From Candidatus Babelota bacterium (GTDB lineage: Bacteria > Babelota > Babeliae > Babelales > RVW-14): a DNA stretch of 64,000 bases. The stretch is from positions 5,424-69,423 of the forward strand of contig JABCZU010000005.1 of the NCBI GenBank assembly GCA_013289515.1, in the 5' to 3' direction. A model generated the notes under the pieces. It was not told the origin of the DNA and ran no database searches. It saw nothing but the letters and a program-made list of their open reading frames with translations. Position numbers and translations under genes: made by a program. Of the stretch, positions 9,125-20,122 are shown one piece after another. Numbering within the stretch: position 1 is the stretch's first letter; every line of letters begins with the position of its first letter.

Positions 9125-10014
9125 ACGTACTCACCCCTACACATACCTCCGCCTACGACCTCATCGACTCTGGCAACGGCTTAAAACTAGAACAATTTGG
9201 TAGCAACATTGTCATTCGCCCTGACAGTAACTGTGTTTGGGCACCAAAACTTCCAGAAGCTATCTGGAAAAAGGCAACCGCACAGTACAATAAAAATGAA
9301 GCTGGCAACTGGGAATGGACGCTGGCCGGCACCTTCAAGACGCCATGGCACTACACCTGGCAGGCACCAGAGAGTGCAAGCCGCCAAGAGCGCGTCAAAA
9401 TTACCTGCAAACTGCGTACGTCGCAATCAAAAAACATCGGGATCTTTCCTGAGCAAGCAGCTCATTGGGCCTGGATGATTGAACAAATTCAAGAGTCTCA
9501 TTATCAACCAAAGGTGCTCAACCTTTTCGGTTACACAGGCGCGGCCACGTTGTGCGCTGCTGCTGCTGGCGCTGAAGTATGCCATGTTGACGCTTCGCAA
9601 TCGGTCATCAATTGGGCTGTAGAAAATCAAAAATTAAGCAAGCTTGATGAAGCGCCAATCCGCTGGATTATGGACGATTGCGCCAAATTTGTCGCCCGTG
9701 AAATTAAACGCGGTGTGCAGTACGATGCGATCATTATGGATCCACCAGCATTTGGCCGTGACAACAAAGGTAATATTTTTGAATTTGAAAAAAATATTTA
9801 TAACCTTCTTCAGCTCTGCACACAAGTCCTGCGACCAAAGCCATTGTTCTTTATTTTCAATGGTTATTCCATGGGCTACTCTGCTACCGTTTTGCAAAAT
9901 TTGCTTGCAGACTTCTACCCAATGAAGACTATCGATGCTGGCGAGTTGCAACTGGTTGAGCAACAGAGCAAGCGTCAGTTGCCTTCTGGTTTGTATGCTC
10001 GTTTGGGGTTTTAA
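9121..10014 (+). CDS. Class I SAM-dependent methyltransferase (RlmI/RlmK C-terminal-like)
   Basis: SAM-binding motif LNLFGYTGAATLCAAAAGAEVCHVD and IIMDPPAFGR. ATGA overlap with the recombinase stop. Confidence 0.75.
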   Translation: MNVLTPTHTSAYDLIDSGNGLKLEQFGSNIVIRPDSNCVWAPKLPEAIWKKATAQYNKNEAGNWEWTLAGTFKTPWHYTWQAPESASRQERVKITCKLRTSQSKNIGIFPEQAAHWAWMIEQIQESHYQPKVLNLFGYTGAATLCAAAAGAEVCHVDASQSVINWAVENQKLSKLDEAPIRWIMDDCAKFVAREIKRGVQYDAIIMDPPAFGRDNKGNIFEFEKNIYNLLQLCTQVLRPKPLFFIFNGYSMGYSATVLQNLLADFYPMKTIDAGELQLVEQQSKRQLPSGLYARLGF

Positions 10015-10016
10015 CT

Positions 10017-10208
10017 AAGGTCAAGTCCTGGATGACAAGTAAGGAAGTGCTTTATTTTGATTGGATCCTGAAACGAGTTCCCAGCCTTCGCATAAAGCTA
10101 CGGCGGGCAGGCTAGGATGACAAATCAATGGTAAACTTTTTCACCTTGTTGTCACCCTGAATAGTAATTTTTCCGTTTTTGTCATCCTGAACTCGTTTCA
10201 GGATCCAC
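10017..10208. repeat. Composite palindromic element with a perfect 19 bp inverted repeat
   Basis: TGGATCCTGAAACGAGTTC at 10062-10080 against GAACTCGTTTCAGGATCCA at 10189-10207. The left end (GGTCAAGTCCTGGATGAC) resembles the end of the 7933-8119 element. Confidence 0.7.
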
Positions 10209-10285
10209 TATCCACTTCTTTAATGTGACACATCAGTTGCACTAGTCCTAAAAAAAATGATAGTTTTAGACTCAAAATAGCTTTT

Positions 10286-11467
10286 TTGCTGGACTTTAAA
10301 AAAGAGGCCGCCACCGTGAAATATCCTGGACAAGAATCGTCAATCTTAGAATTTAAACGTGAACTTCCTGAAAATAATCAAATTGTGAAGACCATCATTG
10401 GCTTTTGCAATCAGCATGGTGGCAAACTTATTGTTGGTATCGATGATGATGGCACCATTGTCGGTATTCCAGAAGAAAAACTACAAGCAGTTCAAGAATA
10501 TTTGGATCAATTAATCTATGATTCAACCACGCCACCTATTATTCCCAAAGTGTATACCCAGCGCTTTGGTGAACAAGCCGTCCTTATCGTTGAAGTTTCT
10601 GAGGGTATGAATAAACCATATTTTAAAACATCAGAACAGCTCTCAAAGGGCACATACATCAGGCTTGGTCGCAGTACATTGCGTGCAGGTGCAACCATTA
10701 TTGAAGAATTACAGTGGCACTCCAGAGGACTTGAGTATGATATGATGCCGGTACATCGGGCATCACCTGACGATCTTGATATGATAAGAATAAAAAACTT
10801 TCTTGAGAAAAGAAAAAGTAGTCGTCGGGGTAGTACAATAGGCTCCATAGATGACGCATTGAATGCCTATCACCTTGTTGCAAAAGAACACGGCAAGGAA
10901 TACCCAACAGTATGTGGACTCCTGCTTTTTGGCAAAAATCCGGATCATTTTTTTTCTGAAGCACGCATCATGGCGACGCATTTTTTTGGAACAGAGGGAA
11001 GAGAAGCTATTGCAAGCATTAACTGCACAGGAACACTCATAGAACAGTATTATACGGTATATGATTTCATTTTGAGTAGATTGCATCGTTCCTTTAGTAT
11101 CAAAGGCCCAACACGTATTGAAAAACTTGAGATTCCTGAGGTGGCTATTCGCGAAGCACTGATCAATGCTATTGTTCATCGAAATTATCATCACCCAGCA
11201 CCAACTAAAGTGGCAATATATCAAGACAGAATTGAATTTTTTAGCCCAGGAGAATTCCCAAGCCCACTTAACACAAAAAATCTTACGATGGGGCTTACCT
11301 ACATTCGTAATCACGCAATTTGCAAAATCTTTTTTGAGTTAGGAATTATTGAGACAATGGGTTCAGGCTTCCTGACAATATTCAAAGAATATGAAACAAT
11401 GCACTTAAAAACCCCTATTGTTGTAGAAGGTGAAAATTTTATTAAATGCATTCTGCCGCGCGAATAA
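10286..11467 (+). CDS. AlbA_2 (Schlafen-like) DNA-binding domain plus HATPase_c_4 ATP-binding protein
   Basis: N-terminal ESSILEFKRELP...GGKLIVGIDDDG and C-terminal ALINAIVHRNY motifs. The ORF starts at TTG. A GTG at 10316 is an alternative start. Confidence 0.7.
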   Translation: MLDFKKEAATVKYPGQESSILEFKRELPENNQIVKTIIGFCNQHGGKLIVGIDDDGTIVGIPEEKLQAVQEYLDQLIYDSTTPPIIPKVYTQRFGEQAVLIVEVSEGMNKPYFKTSEQLSKGTYIRLGRSTLRAGATIIEELQWHSRGLEYDMMPVHRASPDDLDMIRIKNFLEKRKSSRRGSTIGSIDDALNAYHLVAKEHGKEYPTVCGLLLFGKNPDHFFSEARIMATHFFGTEGREAIASINCTGTLIEQYYTVYDFILSRLHRSFSIKGPTRIEKLEIPEVAIREALINAIVHRNYHHPAPTKVAIYQDRIEFFSPGEFPSPLNTKNLTMGLTYIRNHAICKIFFELGIIETMGSGFLTIFKEYETMHLKTPIVVEGENFIKCILPRE

Positions 11468-11487
11468 TGCGGGCACCTGATGGTGCC

Positions 11488-12507
<1,020 letters not shown>

Positions 12508-12566
12508 CTACGTTAACACAACGTAGTGGTGATCATACCTAATTTTTTAACCATACTGGTGCCTTC

Positions 12567-14618
12567 ATGCTACCACAAAAATATCAATATTTCTTCTGGC
12601 GGCTTAACGAAATGGGAATAAAAACCGCAGGCAAACTTTTATATTATCGTCTCAAAAAAAAATTGTTTGCTATGCGCTACCACAAGCGATGGCGCCAGGG
12701 CCTATCATATTCCAGCTGGGCAACGCTTGCTAAAAGGCACAACCTGCCACCCTTTGAGCAATGTTTTGCCACGTTACACAATAATAATCTCTGTGGGCAG
12801 ATCTGGTCAGATGAACTTTTTAAGACCAGTATTCCGGCACGATGGCACGACAAACAGGCGGTGTACCAACAGGCTGATGCAGTCGCCGATGGACGCATCA
12901 GTATTTTAGGCTTTGACAGGCTGCAATTGCCCGAAGGGCCAATTCCGTGGCATGAGGACGTTACGCATGCAGTCAAATCGCCGGTGGGCTGGCAGAGGGA
13001 TTTTTATCAGCATATTAGCATTCTGTCGCAAGAAGAGAATGTATGCGCTCATATCCTTCGACAAGCTCAGGACGAGCGCCTTTTTTCCGTTCGCCCCGAT
13101 GGAGAACCCGCAGGGCATAGCCTGAGCTTTGCGAAGGTTCGAATGGAGGGGGCCGAACGGGACAGAACGCACGACATAAAAGTACCGTGGGAACTATCAC
13201 GCTCCCAGCACCTCTTTGTGCTCGGCCTAGGATACCATTACGCAATCCAGGACCGAGACCACGTGCGCATGGAACGATACGCTGCCACCTTCACGCGGCA
13301 TTGCACCGACTGGCTTGATAATAACCCCTTCCTCCAGGGCGTCAATTGGACCAACCCCATGGAAGTCGCCATACGGGCCATCAACTGGACGTGGGCTTTT
13401 TACTTTTTTAAGGCAGCGCCAGAAATCACGCCAGCTTTGTGGGAACGTTTTATTACAGCGCTCTACGATCATGCCATCTATCTTGAGCACCATTGGGAAA
13501 TTTCAGACAAGCCAAATAATCACTATCTTGCCAATGTTATCGGCTATTTGTATCTGTGCAATTTTTTTGCGCCACTGATTAAACGCTTTAAGTGGCTACA
13601 GCGGCAGACGCTCAGTCAGCTCTGCATAGCCTGGAAAGATCAGATGCTCCATGACGGCACGAGTTATGAGGGATCCAGCGCGTACCACTCACTGGTCACT
13701 GAAATGGTGCTGCATGGCATCCTGATTGATAGATACACATACCGCAAGCTTCCGGATACATTAACCACGCTCTTTAAGCGAATGCATGAGGTAACTGGCC
13801 ATCTTGCATACGCACCCGATGCCTTGCTGCATATCGGCGATAATGACAGCGGTACGATCGTCACCGGCCTTGCCTATACGCCAACTCAGGCGCCGCAACT
13901 GCAAACCTATCAGCATTTTGGTCTCACCATCATGCGTCAGCCGGACTGGCTCCTCACCTTTCGTCATCCAGCCTATAAACCGGAGCAACCAACGGGGCAC
14001 TTTCATCAGGATGCACTCTCGTTTACCCTCAGTGCACACGGCATGCCGCTTTTTATTGATCCAGGCACCTATCTGTACACATCACATGCAGCAGCCAGAA
14101 ATTATTTGCGCAGCGTCGGCAGTCACAATACTTTTTTTATATCGAGCGCTCAAGGGCTTGAAATGCCCTCAGATCTTTTTCAGCTACCACAACAGCCACA
14201 AGCATGGCATGCGACCATTACGCATAATGATGGACAGGTAACTATACAAGATCATCATGCTGGCTATGGGCCACCGGGACTATGCGCATGGCGCCGTATG
14301 GTGATAAGCACGCAAGAAAACATCATTAGGTGCACTGATTGGTGGGAAATAATGGATGGCTATAGCGGTGACGATGCTTTGGGCAGTACATGGGTGCTGT
14401 CACTGGCACCAGGCCTTGATGCGCTACAAGAGAATGATACAACCTGGCTTTTAAAAAGGGAAAGCCGTCCCTTAGCAACCATAACCACATCAGTGGCATA
14501 CAGCATTAAACCAAGTTTTGCTGCGCCTGCGTATGGCGCACAGCTGCCAACTACCCTGTTGACCGCAACCGCGGGGATAGATACAATGCCAATGGAATTT
14601 GCTATACAACTTTTATAG
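12567..14618 (+). CDS. Heparinase II/III-like family protein
   Basis: C-terminal motif GHFHQDALSFTLSAHGMPLFIDPGTYLY...HNT. Carries an in-frame repeat insertion at 13045-13160. Confidence 0.7.
   Translation: MLPQKYQYFFWRLNEMGIKTAGKLLYYRLKKKLFAMRYHKRWRQGLSYSSWATLAKRHNLPPFEQCFATLHNNNLCGQIWSDELFKTSIPARWHDKQAVYQQADAVADGRISILGFDRLQLPEGPIPWHEDVTHAVKSPVGWQRDFYQHISILSQEENVCAHILRQAQDERLFSVRPDGEPAGHSLSFAKVRMEGAERDRTHDIKVPWELSRSQHLFVLGLGYHYAIQDRDHVRMERYAATFTRHCTDWLDNNPFLQGVNWTNPMEVAIRAINWTWAFYFFKAAPEITPALWERFITALYDHAIYLEHHWEISDKPNNHYLANVIGYLYLCNFFAPLIKRFKWLQRQTLSQLCIAWKDQMLHDGTSYEGSSAYHSLVTEMVLHGILIDRYTYRKLPDTLTTLFKRMHEVTGHLAYAPDALLHIGDNDSGTIVTGLAYTPTQAPQLQTYQHFGLTIMRQPDWLLTFRHPAYKPEQPTGHFHQDALSFTLSAHGMPLFIDPGTYLYTSHAAARNYLRSVGSHNTFFISSAQGLEMPSDLFQLPQQPQAWHATITHNDGQVTIQDHHAGYGPPGLCAWRRMVISTQENIIRCTDWWEIMDGYSGDDALGSTWVLSLAPGLDALQENDTTWLLKRESRPLATITTSVAYSIKPSFAAPAYGAQLPTTLLTATAGIDTMPMEFAIQLL
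13045..13160. repeat. Palindromic repeat element embedded in frame in the heparinase-like CDS
   Basis: GCGCTCATATCCTTCGACAAGCTCAGGACGAGCGC followed by CCGTTCGCCCCGATGGAGAACCCGCAGGGC..GGTTCGAATGGAGGGG. Encodes ILRQAQDERLFSVRPDGEPAGHSLSFAKVRMEGAER. Confidence 0.75.
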
Positions 14619-14732
14619 TACTCGAACAATGTGTTGATCGGTGTCCAAAAGCGGCCAAAGGGCTTTAACCGTTTTTGTTGGGTAAAAGTCAAGGATGCGG
14701 CAACCGAGGGTACTCAGCTGCCGCCAGTATAA

Positions 14733-17723
14733 CTACTTCTTAGGACTGGTTTTACAACACTTCGTTAACGTCCAATCTGTTATTGAGTCGCCATTAATGT
14801 GTAACTCTGCATACGGATGATCACCTAATCTATCATCGCCGAGCATGCCTGAGGCGCCAGCAACACTTAATGTGTAAACAGCATTTTTGCAGATTGGCAG
14901 CGTATCAAGTGTATTATCAAATATTCCTGTGCTGCTACTACTACTACTGCTACTGCTGTTATTATTATTAAAGAGTCCCACAAGGCCGCCGTATTTATTA
15001 AGGCCTTGCATCATAAGCTCGTAATGTTGGTGGGCACGGATCATAAAACTAATGCCTTGCAGCTGAAATATCTCCTCGGTGATCGTTTTACCATAAGCGC
15101 ATCTACACGGGTTGTTACTATCGCATACAAAGTCATGTTGTGCATTATTATCGTAGCGATCAACATTGGTGCCAAAGTCTGCATCGTGTTTATTAATGCC
15201 AACATCGCGAAAGGCAAATGCTACATCGCTCCAGCAAAAACCAAATCCTTCCAGAGAGTGCGGGCGATGTCCAATATGCCGCGAACAGAAAGAATAAAGG
15301 AAGCTGTCTGGCGATAAAAATATTTGCCTCATCTCTTCGCTTATGGCATCTTGTGCTATCTTTTCTCCGGTTATTAATTGATAAACAAGCTCTTGAATTT
15401 CTCCATCATTATCTTCAAGAAAATCTAAATGTTTTTTTATTGGCTCATAGTTGGTATAGTTTGGCGTATTTTTTAGTCTATTCAGACAGACATCTGTTTC
15501 TGCGTTCATATCATTCTGCATCAGTGTAAGGAGTTCGGCCATTATATCTGTACCCAGGATGAAAGGATGAGAAGGATGCGAGGCAAAATGTCTTTCATAC
15601 CTATTAAGACATTGTAATAGTACTCTGTATTTTCTATTAACGCTTTTAAGCCCATTTATATCAGGCAGGTAACATACTATCTGTTTATTTGGTGTTCTAT
15701 CTGCAAGTGTTTCGTAAAGCGTGCCTGCATTAACGAACGCTTGTGAAAAACAATTTTTAAATTGATTTAACTTCTTTTCATCACAGTGCTGATCGGAGAA
15801 GGCAGCGTGCATTTTCCAAAAGAGGTTTCCGACGGCAAACATTCGCTGTCCCATTTTTATTGTCTCATCATCTATTTTGGCCTTTTCCTCTCCTAGGATA
15901 TGGTGCGCCTGGGCTTCGTAGTCTTCCCAGGTGCTCTTGATGATAGCATTTACAACAGCGGTTTTTTGCTGGTCAGAAAGATGGTTGATCAGTTTTGTGG
16001 GGTTAAATTTTTCGTCGGTGATCATATCAAAGCGAATAGCAAGATTACTGTTCTGGAAAAATTTCCTGAGTTTATAACATCCTATATCAAGTCCGCCATG
16101 ACAGACTATACCGCGCTCTCCTGGCTTATCCCTATTTTCTAGGGATGCTGCTACGGGAAAAAGGTTATAGATGCCGGCAATAAGATTTTGAAGATCTACA
16201 TTAGTCCCAATAATGGTTTTATCGTCATTAGTCAGTTTTTGCTCCGCTTCGCGTAGAAAACCATCGCGGTTATTCATTGCTACATCTTCATGGTTACCAC
16301 GTGTAAAAAATACGCTATCGTTATGAGAATTTCTTATTTTGAAAAGCATTATCAAATACATGGTTTCAACGCCATAGAGGCCTCGATCGACAAAATCACC
16401 AAGAAAGCCAAGATAATAATCCTTTTGTATGATTTTTAACTGTTCATCAATGCAACCTTTTTTATAAAGATCCTCAAGGATGGCAACCAGCGAATGAAAG
16501 CCACTGTGCAAATCGCCTATTAATCCAACGGTGCTATCATTAGGGAAACGTTTCTTTTCAATATAGGGGATGAATGTGCTGTGTTCTAAACTGAAGAGCG
16601 TTGCAGGAGGTTGTTGATTATTATGCCATTGTTGCACGTTATCAGGGAGACGATCGTTTTTCATCACGGTCGCGAAAGCTTGGGCTACGTCCAAAAAATC
16701 AGCGTAGATTTTTTTGGTAAATTTATTTTCATTTTTCAACAAACGATATAAAGCCTGCACGTTCTTCTGGCGCTGCTCTTGTTCTGTTTGATTGTTTGTC
16801 CCGCTAGGTACATACATTTGGGAGCACAGAGGAAGTTCTCTCTCAATAAGTCTTTGCAAAAACGGTAAGCCAATAGGATTCTTTAACAATTCAGCACTGT
16901 TATCCTGCGGAGTGCTGTTGCCTGGCGTTATAAGGCTTGTTCGTGTATTACCATATGGTGTTGGTGTACGAGAAGGGGAAAACGGTGTAGAGAGTGAAAG
17001 GCGCCGTGACCCAAATTTTGGGGCATTAGTAAGCTGTGCCTGTGATGTAACATTCTCTGCCTCTTCGGCAATGCTTGCAAGCTCATTTTTGATGTCATCA
17101 TTATCATCATCATTAATATCTGTATTGCGATTAACATTAACATTCTGATTATTCGCTGTTACCGGATAATTGGAAAAAGCATTCTCTGCGTTACCTGCCA
17201 TTATTGGTGAGCTTGACGAGCTTGAAGAGCTTTGCTCATATCTTTTTTTTACTGGATTATTCGCCGTAGGACGATTAATAGAGGAATTATATACTGCTGA
17301 TGTATCACACTTATTTTCCCATGCATTATTATCCGTGCTCACATACGATGGTAACGGCATATGGTGTTCTGGACTAGTTCTTCCAAGTTGAGTGTTGCTG
17401 GGTAAGGGGGAATGTGTTGGTGAGGGTGTAGGTGTTGGCGTTGGTATCCTCCAAATATCCTCTCGAGATGAATCTCCTGCGCGAACTGGCAGAGCTTGCG
17501 ATGAACTTGCCTGCCCTTCGAAGCCTTCTACTTCGCTCTCCGAGCTTGGGGGAACGGGTTGGCGAAGTAGAGATGAGCTGGCAGCGCCTTGTCTTTGCGA
17601 TGAAAGTGATTGCGAACGCGAAGATGCGCTTCTTTTCATTGCATAGAGCGCTGGACCGCCTGGTGATACCAGGTATAGAGAAATTAATAACATTATCATG
17701 CGATGTAGTCTTAACGTATTCAT
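14733..17723 (-). CDS. Secreted PPP-family (eukaryote-like) Ser/Thr protein phosphatase with a long low-complexity N-terminal region
   Basis: Motifs GDLHSG, GDFVDRG, GNHED, HGG and IRAHQ occur in the canonical order. Signal peptide present. GGAGG ribosome binding site 5 nt before the ATG at 17723. The ORF track starts at a TTG at 17735. Confidence 0.8.
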   Translation of the reverse strand: MNTLRLHRMIMLLISLYLVSPGGPALYAMKRSASSRSQSLSSQRQGAASSSLLRQPVPPSSESEVEGFEGQASSSQALPVRAGDSSREDIWRIPTPTPTPSPTHSPLPSNTQLGRTSPEHHMPLPSYVSTDNNAWENKCDTSAVYNSSINRPTANNPVKKRYEQSSSSSSSSPIMAGNAENAFSNYPVTANNQNVNVNRNTDINDDDNDDIKNELASIAEEAENVTSQAQLTNAPKFGSRRLSLSTPFSPSRTPTPYGNTRTSLITPGNSTPQDNSAELLKNPIGLPFLQRLIERELPLCSQMYVPSGTNNQTEQEQRQKNVQALYRLLKNENKFTKKIYADFLDVAQAFATVMKNDRLPDNVQQWHNNQQPPATLFSLEHSTFIPYIEKKRFPNDSTVGLIGDLHSGFHSLVAILEDLYKKGCIDEQLKIIQKDYYLGFLGDFVDRGLYGVETMYLIMLFKIRNSHNDSVFFTRGNHEDVAMNNRDGFLREAEQKLTNDDKTIIGTNVDLQNLIAGIYNLFPVAASLENRDKPGERGIVCHGGLDIGCYKLRKFFQNSNLAIRFDMITDEKFNPTKLINHLSDQQKTAVVNAIIKSTWEDYEAQAHHILGEEKAKIDDETIKMGQRMFAVGNLFWKMHAAFSDQHCDEKKLNQFKNCFSQAFVNAGTLYETLADRTPNKQIVCYLPDINGLKSVNRKYRVLLQCLNRYERHFASHPSHPFILGTDIMAELLTLMQNDMNAETDVCLNRLKNTPNYTNYEPIKKHLDFLEDNDGEIQELVYQLITGEKIAQDAISEEMRQIFLSPDSFLYSFCSRHIGHRPHSLEGFGFCWSDVAFAFRDVGINKHDADFGTNVDRYDNNAQHDFVCDSNNPCRCAYGKTITEEIFQLQGISFMIRAHQHYELMMQGLNKYGGLVGLFNNNNSSSSSSSSSTGIFDNTLDTLPICKNAVYTLSVAGASGMLGDDRLGDHPYAELHINGDSITDWTLTKCCKTSPKK

Positions 17724-17902
17724 AAAAACCTCCAAGTTTTCTTTACTGACTATAAAAAAATTATTTCAACTATGAATAAGTTACCATGGGCATGGCACAA
17801 CGTCAAATATAAATTTAAATGCTAGGAAAAGCGTTAATATTGATGTTTTTTGTGCTAATTAAGCGCTTTCTGGGTAAAAAACAGCCTAAGGGGAAAATAG
17901 CA

Positions 17903-18787
17903 TCAATACTCGCCAACTATCCTGGCCACATCCTCGATCATATAACGATCTCCCTGTGCCAAATGGTCTCCCACTACCATCTGCTCCTTTTCCTTAAAAT
18001 AGTTAGCAAAGGGAAGCTGATCGTAAATGCCAGCGTCTATCGCAAGGTCTACGGGCGTTTTACCAGCCTCATTTTTAATCATTGGATCAGCGCCCGCGTG
18101 CAGCATTATGTTGATAAGGGAGTTGATCGAAGCAATTTCTTTATTTATGAAATCTGTATACATCTCTTCTGTGCCCCTGTTGGGAAGCAAAGCACAGTTC
18201 TTAATAAGCATAATCATGTTATGCGCCTGATGAACAAGCAAATGAAGAGCTGTCGCCTTACCATCATTATCCTGTATATCAAAAGGATGTGCTTGCGTAT
18301 TATCGTTAGCAGCTTGATCGTCATTGGTGGCTTTTTCAGCCGCAATGGTGGCCATAATGAGTACTGTGACAGTGTTTATCTTATAAGCAGATACAGCAAG
18401 CATTAATGCTGTTTGGCCCCTGCCATAGCGTTGCTGAAGGTTCAGATTGGCATGTGCTGCAATAAGTACCTTGACAACGTCCATGTTACCGGCATATGCA
18501 GCAGTCATTAATGCTGTCCAGCCAGACTTGGTCTCAGCATCCACGTTGGCTTGTTTGTTTATCAATTTCTTTATTTTTGGCACATTTTCATCGTGAATAG
18601 CCTGGAACCATTCGTCAACACTTGGTTTTGCAGCAGATGAGTTGCTGGATGATAACCGTGCCTGCCCTTCGGAGCCATTTTGGCGAAGTAGAGAGCTTGA
18701 TTTAGATGACAAATTTCCACCACGTATCGGAGCAAAGTGACCTGCAACGATACTACAAACTGCTATAATGAGTATTTTCTTGAGCAT
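17903..18787 (-). CDS. Ankyrin-repeat protein with signal peptide
   Basis: ANK motifs GWTALMTAAYAGNMDVVKVLIAAHANLN and GQTALMLAV. N-terminal hydrophobic leader. Confidence 0.8.
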   Translation of the reverse strand: MLKKILIIAVCSIVAGHFAPIRGGNLSSKSSSLLRQNGSEGQARLSSSNSSAAKPSVDEWFQAIHDENVPKIKKLINKQANVDAETKSGWTALMTAAYAGNMDVVKVLIAAHANLNLQQRYGRGQTALMLAVSAYKINTVTVLIMATIAAEKATNDDQAANDNTQAHPFDIQDNDGKATALHLLVHQAHNMIMLIKNCALLPNRGTEEMYTDFINKEIASINSLINIMLHAGADPMIKNEAGKTPVDLAIDAGIYDQLPFANYFKEKEQMVVGDHLAQGDRYMIEDVARIVGEY

Positions 18788-18914
18788 GATAATTTCCTAA
18801 AAATGGTTTAAGGCTAAGCGCCTGCATTGATGTAAATGATTTTCGATTTATGAGTAATGTGCCATGCGTTTGGTGCAGTGTCAACACTGTATTTAAAGGT
18901 TCAAATGCCTGTGC

Positions 18915-19850
18915 TTAAGGTAGCCTGACTTGTATAGCATGATTCATACGCCTTTTTATCCCAATCATTGAGCGATAGCATGACATGTGCAAGCGCATAA
19001 AGAGGCCTCTGACTTCGTGTGCAGCATCCATGCCACGCTCATCAGCATCAGCGGCTATTGTGATGGTCCGCGCCGGAAATTGTCTTCTCAGTTGCTCGAT
19101 AACCGGTTTTATGTTGCCCGCATCAAAGGCGATGATAACCGGTGTCTTGCATGCCTGATACACACTGGCCCCGGTTGCATAACCCTCTGTTATCATGATT
19201 GGCTCGTCATTATCAAGGGAGCCAAGAATATGGAAATTCCCCCTTTTTTGACCGCCAGATAAAAAGGTTTTATACGAGACGCCATTATTATTCATTGAGA
19301 TGAACTGTAATGTACGAATCTGTCCGGCAGCATTTTTGAGCGGAAGTATCAGTGATGGGTAGCCGTTCGGATTAATGCCAAAGCGTGCATCGACCGGCTC
19401 AATGCCTTTAGCAACTGCATAACGCAAGTACTGTGGTTCTGATGTGCTTTCAACGCTTTCTTGCCATATCTTGCACGCAACCTTAGCGACGCGATCGCGT
19501 TCAGTGTTTAGTTGCGCCAGCGTAGCCTCACGTTGTTGTTTGCATACAGCAGCAAACTCTTCGCGCTCTTGTTGGCTGTAGAGGTTGCTATCATCATGGG
19601 ATCTAAACTTAAGCGTAACATCGGTAGGCCAGGATCCATAGGTACAGTTAAGGTATTGGGTTCCTTGCCCTAAAACCCCTGTGTGGGCGACATACCATTC
19701 ATCCTTTTTATTTTTTTTCTCGTCTGCTGAATAGCGGCGTAACAAGCCATCAGCAATGATGCCCGCATCGCACCTCAACCCATTATCCGCCATATGACGC
19801 TCACAATCGACTTGCAAGTCATAGATAGTGCGTAGTCCTTGTGTAATCAT
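18915..19850 (-). pseudogene. Phage/plasmid primase-like protein (COG4643-like N-domain plus Toprim), probably truncated at the C-terminus
   Basis: DGLLRRYSADEKKNKKDEWYV motif and Toprim MITEGYATG...IAADADERG. No helicase or primase C-terminal part. The 3' end consists of an 85 bp repeat that also occurs at 21287-21371. Confidence 0.6.
18921..19005. repeat. 85 bp direct repeat, copy A
   Basis: Matches 21287-21371 in the same orientation with about 6 mismatches. The last ~40 bp are identical. Confidence 0.85.
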
Positions 19851-20122
19851 GCATCTCCTTAAAAAGATTATTGATGTTGTTGTTATTACTAACGCGACCT
19901 CTTCCTAGATGATAAAGCTTGAGTAACAATATCATGGCAATAGCCTTTGTCTATGCCCGTTTTTGTGTTGGCGACTGAAAGTCACGTGTTTATCGTGGTA
20001 TTGGATGACAAGAAATCTTTTCGACATTACGCCACCTGGCATAAATGATGCTTATTTGGTAAAGTCATACATAATAAAAATTAAAGAAGGAAAATAGTAA
20101 TCAATCTTCTTAATGCACAAAT

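Noticed and set aside
17819-18406. 195 aa plus-strand ORF
   Set aside because: It is antisense to the ankyrin-repeat gene at 17903..18787, which has clear ANK motifs, a signal peptide and a ribosome binding site.
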